DNA of 62,927 bases, filler included, from Asterionella formosa (lineage: Eukaryota), in NCBI GenBank assembly GCA_002256025.1. It is 15 parts of 15 records of this genome, joined end to end, with 100 filler letters (N's around TTAATTAATTAA, not from the genome) between each part and the next. Parts side by side here need not be neighbours in the genome. Positions count along the whole stretch, not along the records: positions 46,516 to 62,927 come from NKIB01004927.1; 14 more parts are not named here. One strand, written 5' to 3'. A program made the translations under genes and the position numbers. The notes under the pieces were generated by a model. It made no database searches. It was not told the DNA's origin and was given only the letters and a program-made list of their open reading frames with translations. This document shows, one piece after another, positions 61,420 through 62,927 of the stretch (positions are counted from its first letter, which is position 1; each line of letters begins with the position of its first letter).

Positions 61420-62208
61420 TCTGGTACTCCTGCCCTGGTACGAGTACCGGTACCTGGTAGCTCCAAGAATGAACACGTATGCATGTGGGTCGTAGGCAGC
61501 AGGATAACAGAAAGTATACCGGTAGCTGCTAAGAATCTGACCTGTAGTTAGTCTATAACTTAGCGTTACACAAATACAGACACATACGCACGTGCTTTTT
61601 GTGTGCTTGTGCATTAAATTTCACTGTGTGCATCACCTTATCCAATACAATACACAGCACAAATGACCAAATTTCTTGTGTGGCAACACTTTCTGTGTGT
61701 CCTCCAATGTTTTCGGTGTGGCCACACAAGAATCAAATAGAATATTCGATTTTAGTTTTACTTTATGCTATGCATATTGCGGTATATAGTTATGTTAAAG
61801 TATTACCTTTCTTGATAGATCTATATCGTTAGACAAAGAAGACTATAGATAGAGACATTCATTTCACTTTCCGTTTCTATATTCTTATTTGAGTTTACTA
61901 AACTAGTTTAGGTTGTTCGGTTTGAACAAAAAAACGAACTATTCTCCAAATGCTGTTTGCATTTCTAGAAACATACAATCATTGATAGACCCATGTCTAT
62001 CTCACACTTACTGATCATAGGTTTATAACCATTGATCATTCATTTTCAAACTATCGGTGTCTTCCGAAATAGCTTATATTGTCTGGCTCATTATAGGCAG
62101 AGTAACAATGTAAAATTTGTGGCCAATGAGACCATGACACTTCAAAGTTGACTCATTCGAATCATTTGACTCGTTTGACTCCCAATCAAAACAAACTTTC
62201 GTAGACGA

Positions 62209-62927
62209 TGTTGTTGAGGGGAACCTTATCGTGAATAAAGGTGAACTACAATATTATGACTATTCTATTGCTGTTCCAAGTACATCGTTGTCAGCACTCA
62301 CGCATGTACCTAATCTGGTGGCTGCGCCGGTATGGTTCGTACGGCGCATGTATGGAGCATCATATGCAGATATTAACACACCCTCACCAACAGATGCAGG
62401 CAGAAGAACAGGAGCGGGGATGGAGATGCTATCAGCATCGGAAGCCAAGCACGCATAATAGTTAGGAGGACTAGGGAGGGATGGAGGGCAATGGAGATAG
62501 TGCGGGCGCATCAACATATGATGGGAAGCGGGATGATGTTTAGTGAAATAATCAGCACGATTCAAACTACCTTTTTTCCAGTATACAAGAAATTGGCCTT
62601 GGCGAACCCGATCGCGTACCCAGTAATACCGCATATCCATAGCTTTGGAACGTTTTTGTCGGACAGTATCATTGGCAATGCCACTGGCAGTGCTATTATC
62701 GGTGACAATACGGGTAGAAGGTTGGGGATGACCAAGCTCAGCAAGAATGGTGCGAATAGCATATGCCTCTTTGCCATTGTGGAATAAAGCAGCTAATTCG
62801 GCCTCAGCAGCACTTGATACAACCTCCTTAAGAATTTGACAGTGGACGTAAATAGCACCGTTAAGAGGAGGGATGGATGTAGTGAGGCTAGGTGGAGACA
62901 CGGGTTTACAGCTGAGAAAGTGAATGC
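62209..62927 (-). mobile_element. 3' end of a CoDi-like copia element: RNase H, PPT and ~170-bp LTR (62378-62209)
   Basis: VVSSAAEAELAALF...TDNSTASGIANDTVRQKRSKAMDMRYYWVRDR...NRADYFTKHHP, then GAGGGTG followed by TGTTAAT...CAACAACA (TG...CA ends). Confidence 0.9.

Overview
This is eukaryotic DNA, almost certainly from a diatom. The evidence is spliceosomal GT-AG introns, an ASAFAP-type bipartite plastid presequence, a DUF6824 protein and CoDi-like Ty1/copia elements. The window is not one locus: it is 15 contigs (twelve of about 1.02 kb, three of about 16.4 kb) joined by 14 artificial 100-nt linkers (44 N + TTAATTAATTAA + 44 N), so adjacency across linkers means nothing. Host genes: a DUF6824 protein, phosphomannomutase (2 exons), an RCC1-repeat protein, UTP23, a plastid ABC1 kinase (3 exons, one a 13-nt micro-exon carrying the catalytic loop), fragments of two LRR genes, a CHRD-like gene and an amino-acid transporter, and a cluster of four uncharacterised disordered-protein genes at 13.4-21.3 kb. 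Most of the rest is transposon debris: copia, MULE, PIF/Harbinger, Tc1/IS630-like, a tyrosine-recombinase retroelement and a Plavaka-type element. The best leads are: (1) the four-gene cluster with a repeated LSxLLxxL (LD-like) helix motif; (2) a ~90-bp TA-flanked MITE whose ends could explain the very abundant TACCGGTA/TACCWGGTA arrays as excision footprints; (3) a multi-ORF Plavaka-type element with an internal higher-order tandem array; (4) a possible tRNA-derived SINE. All family assignments come from reading motifs by eye. No database searches were run, so novelty is not established for any of these.
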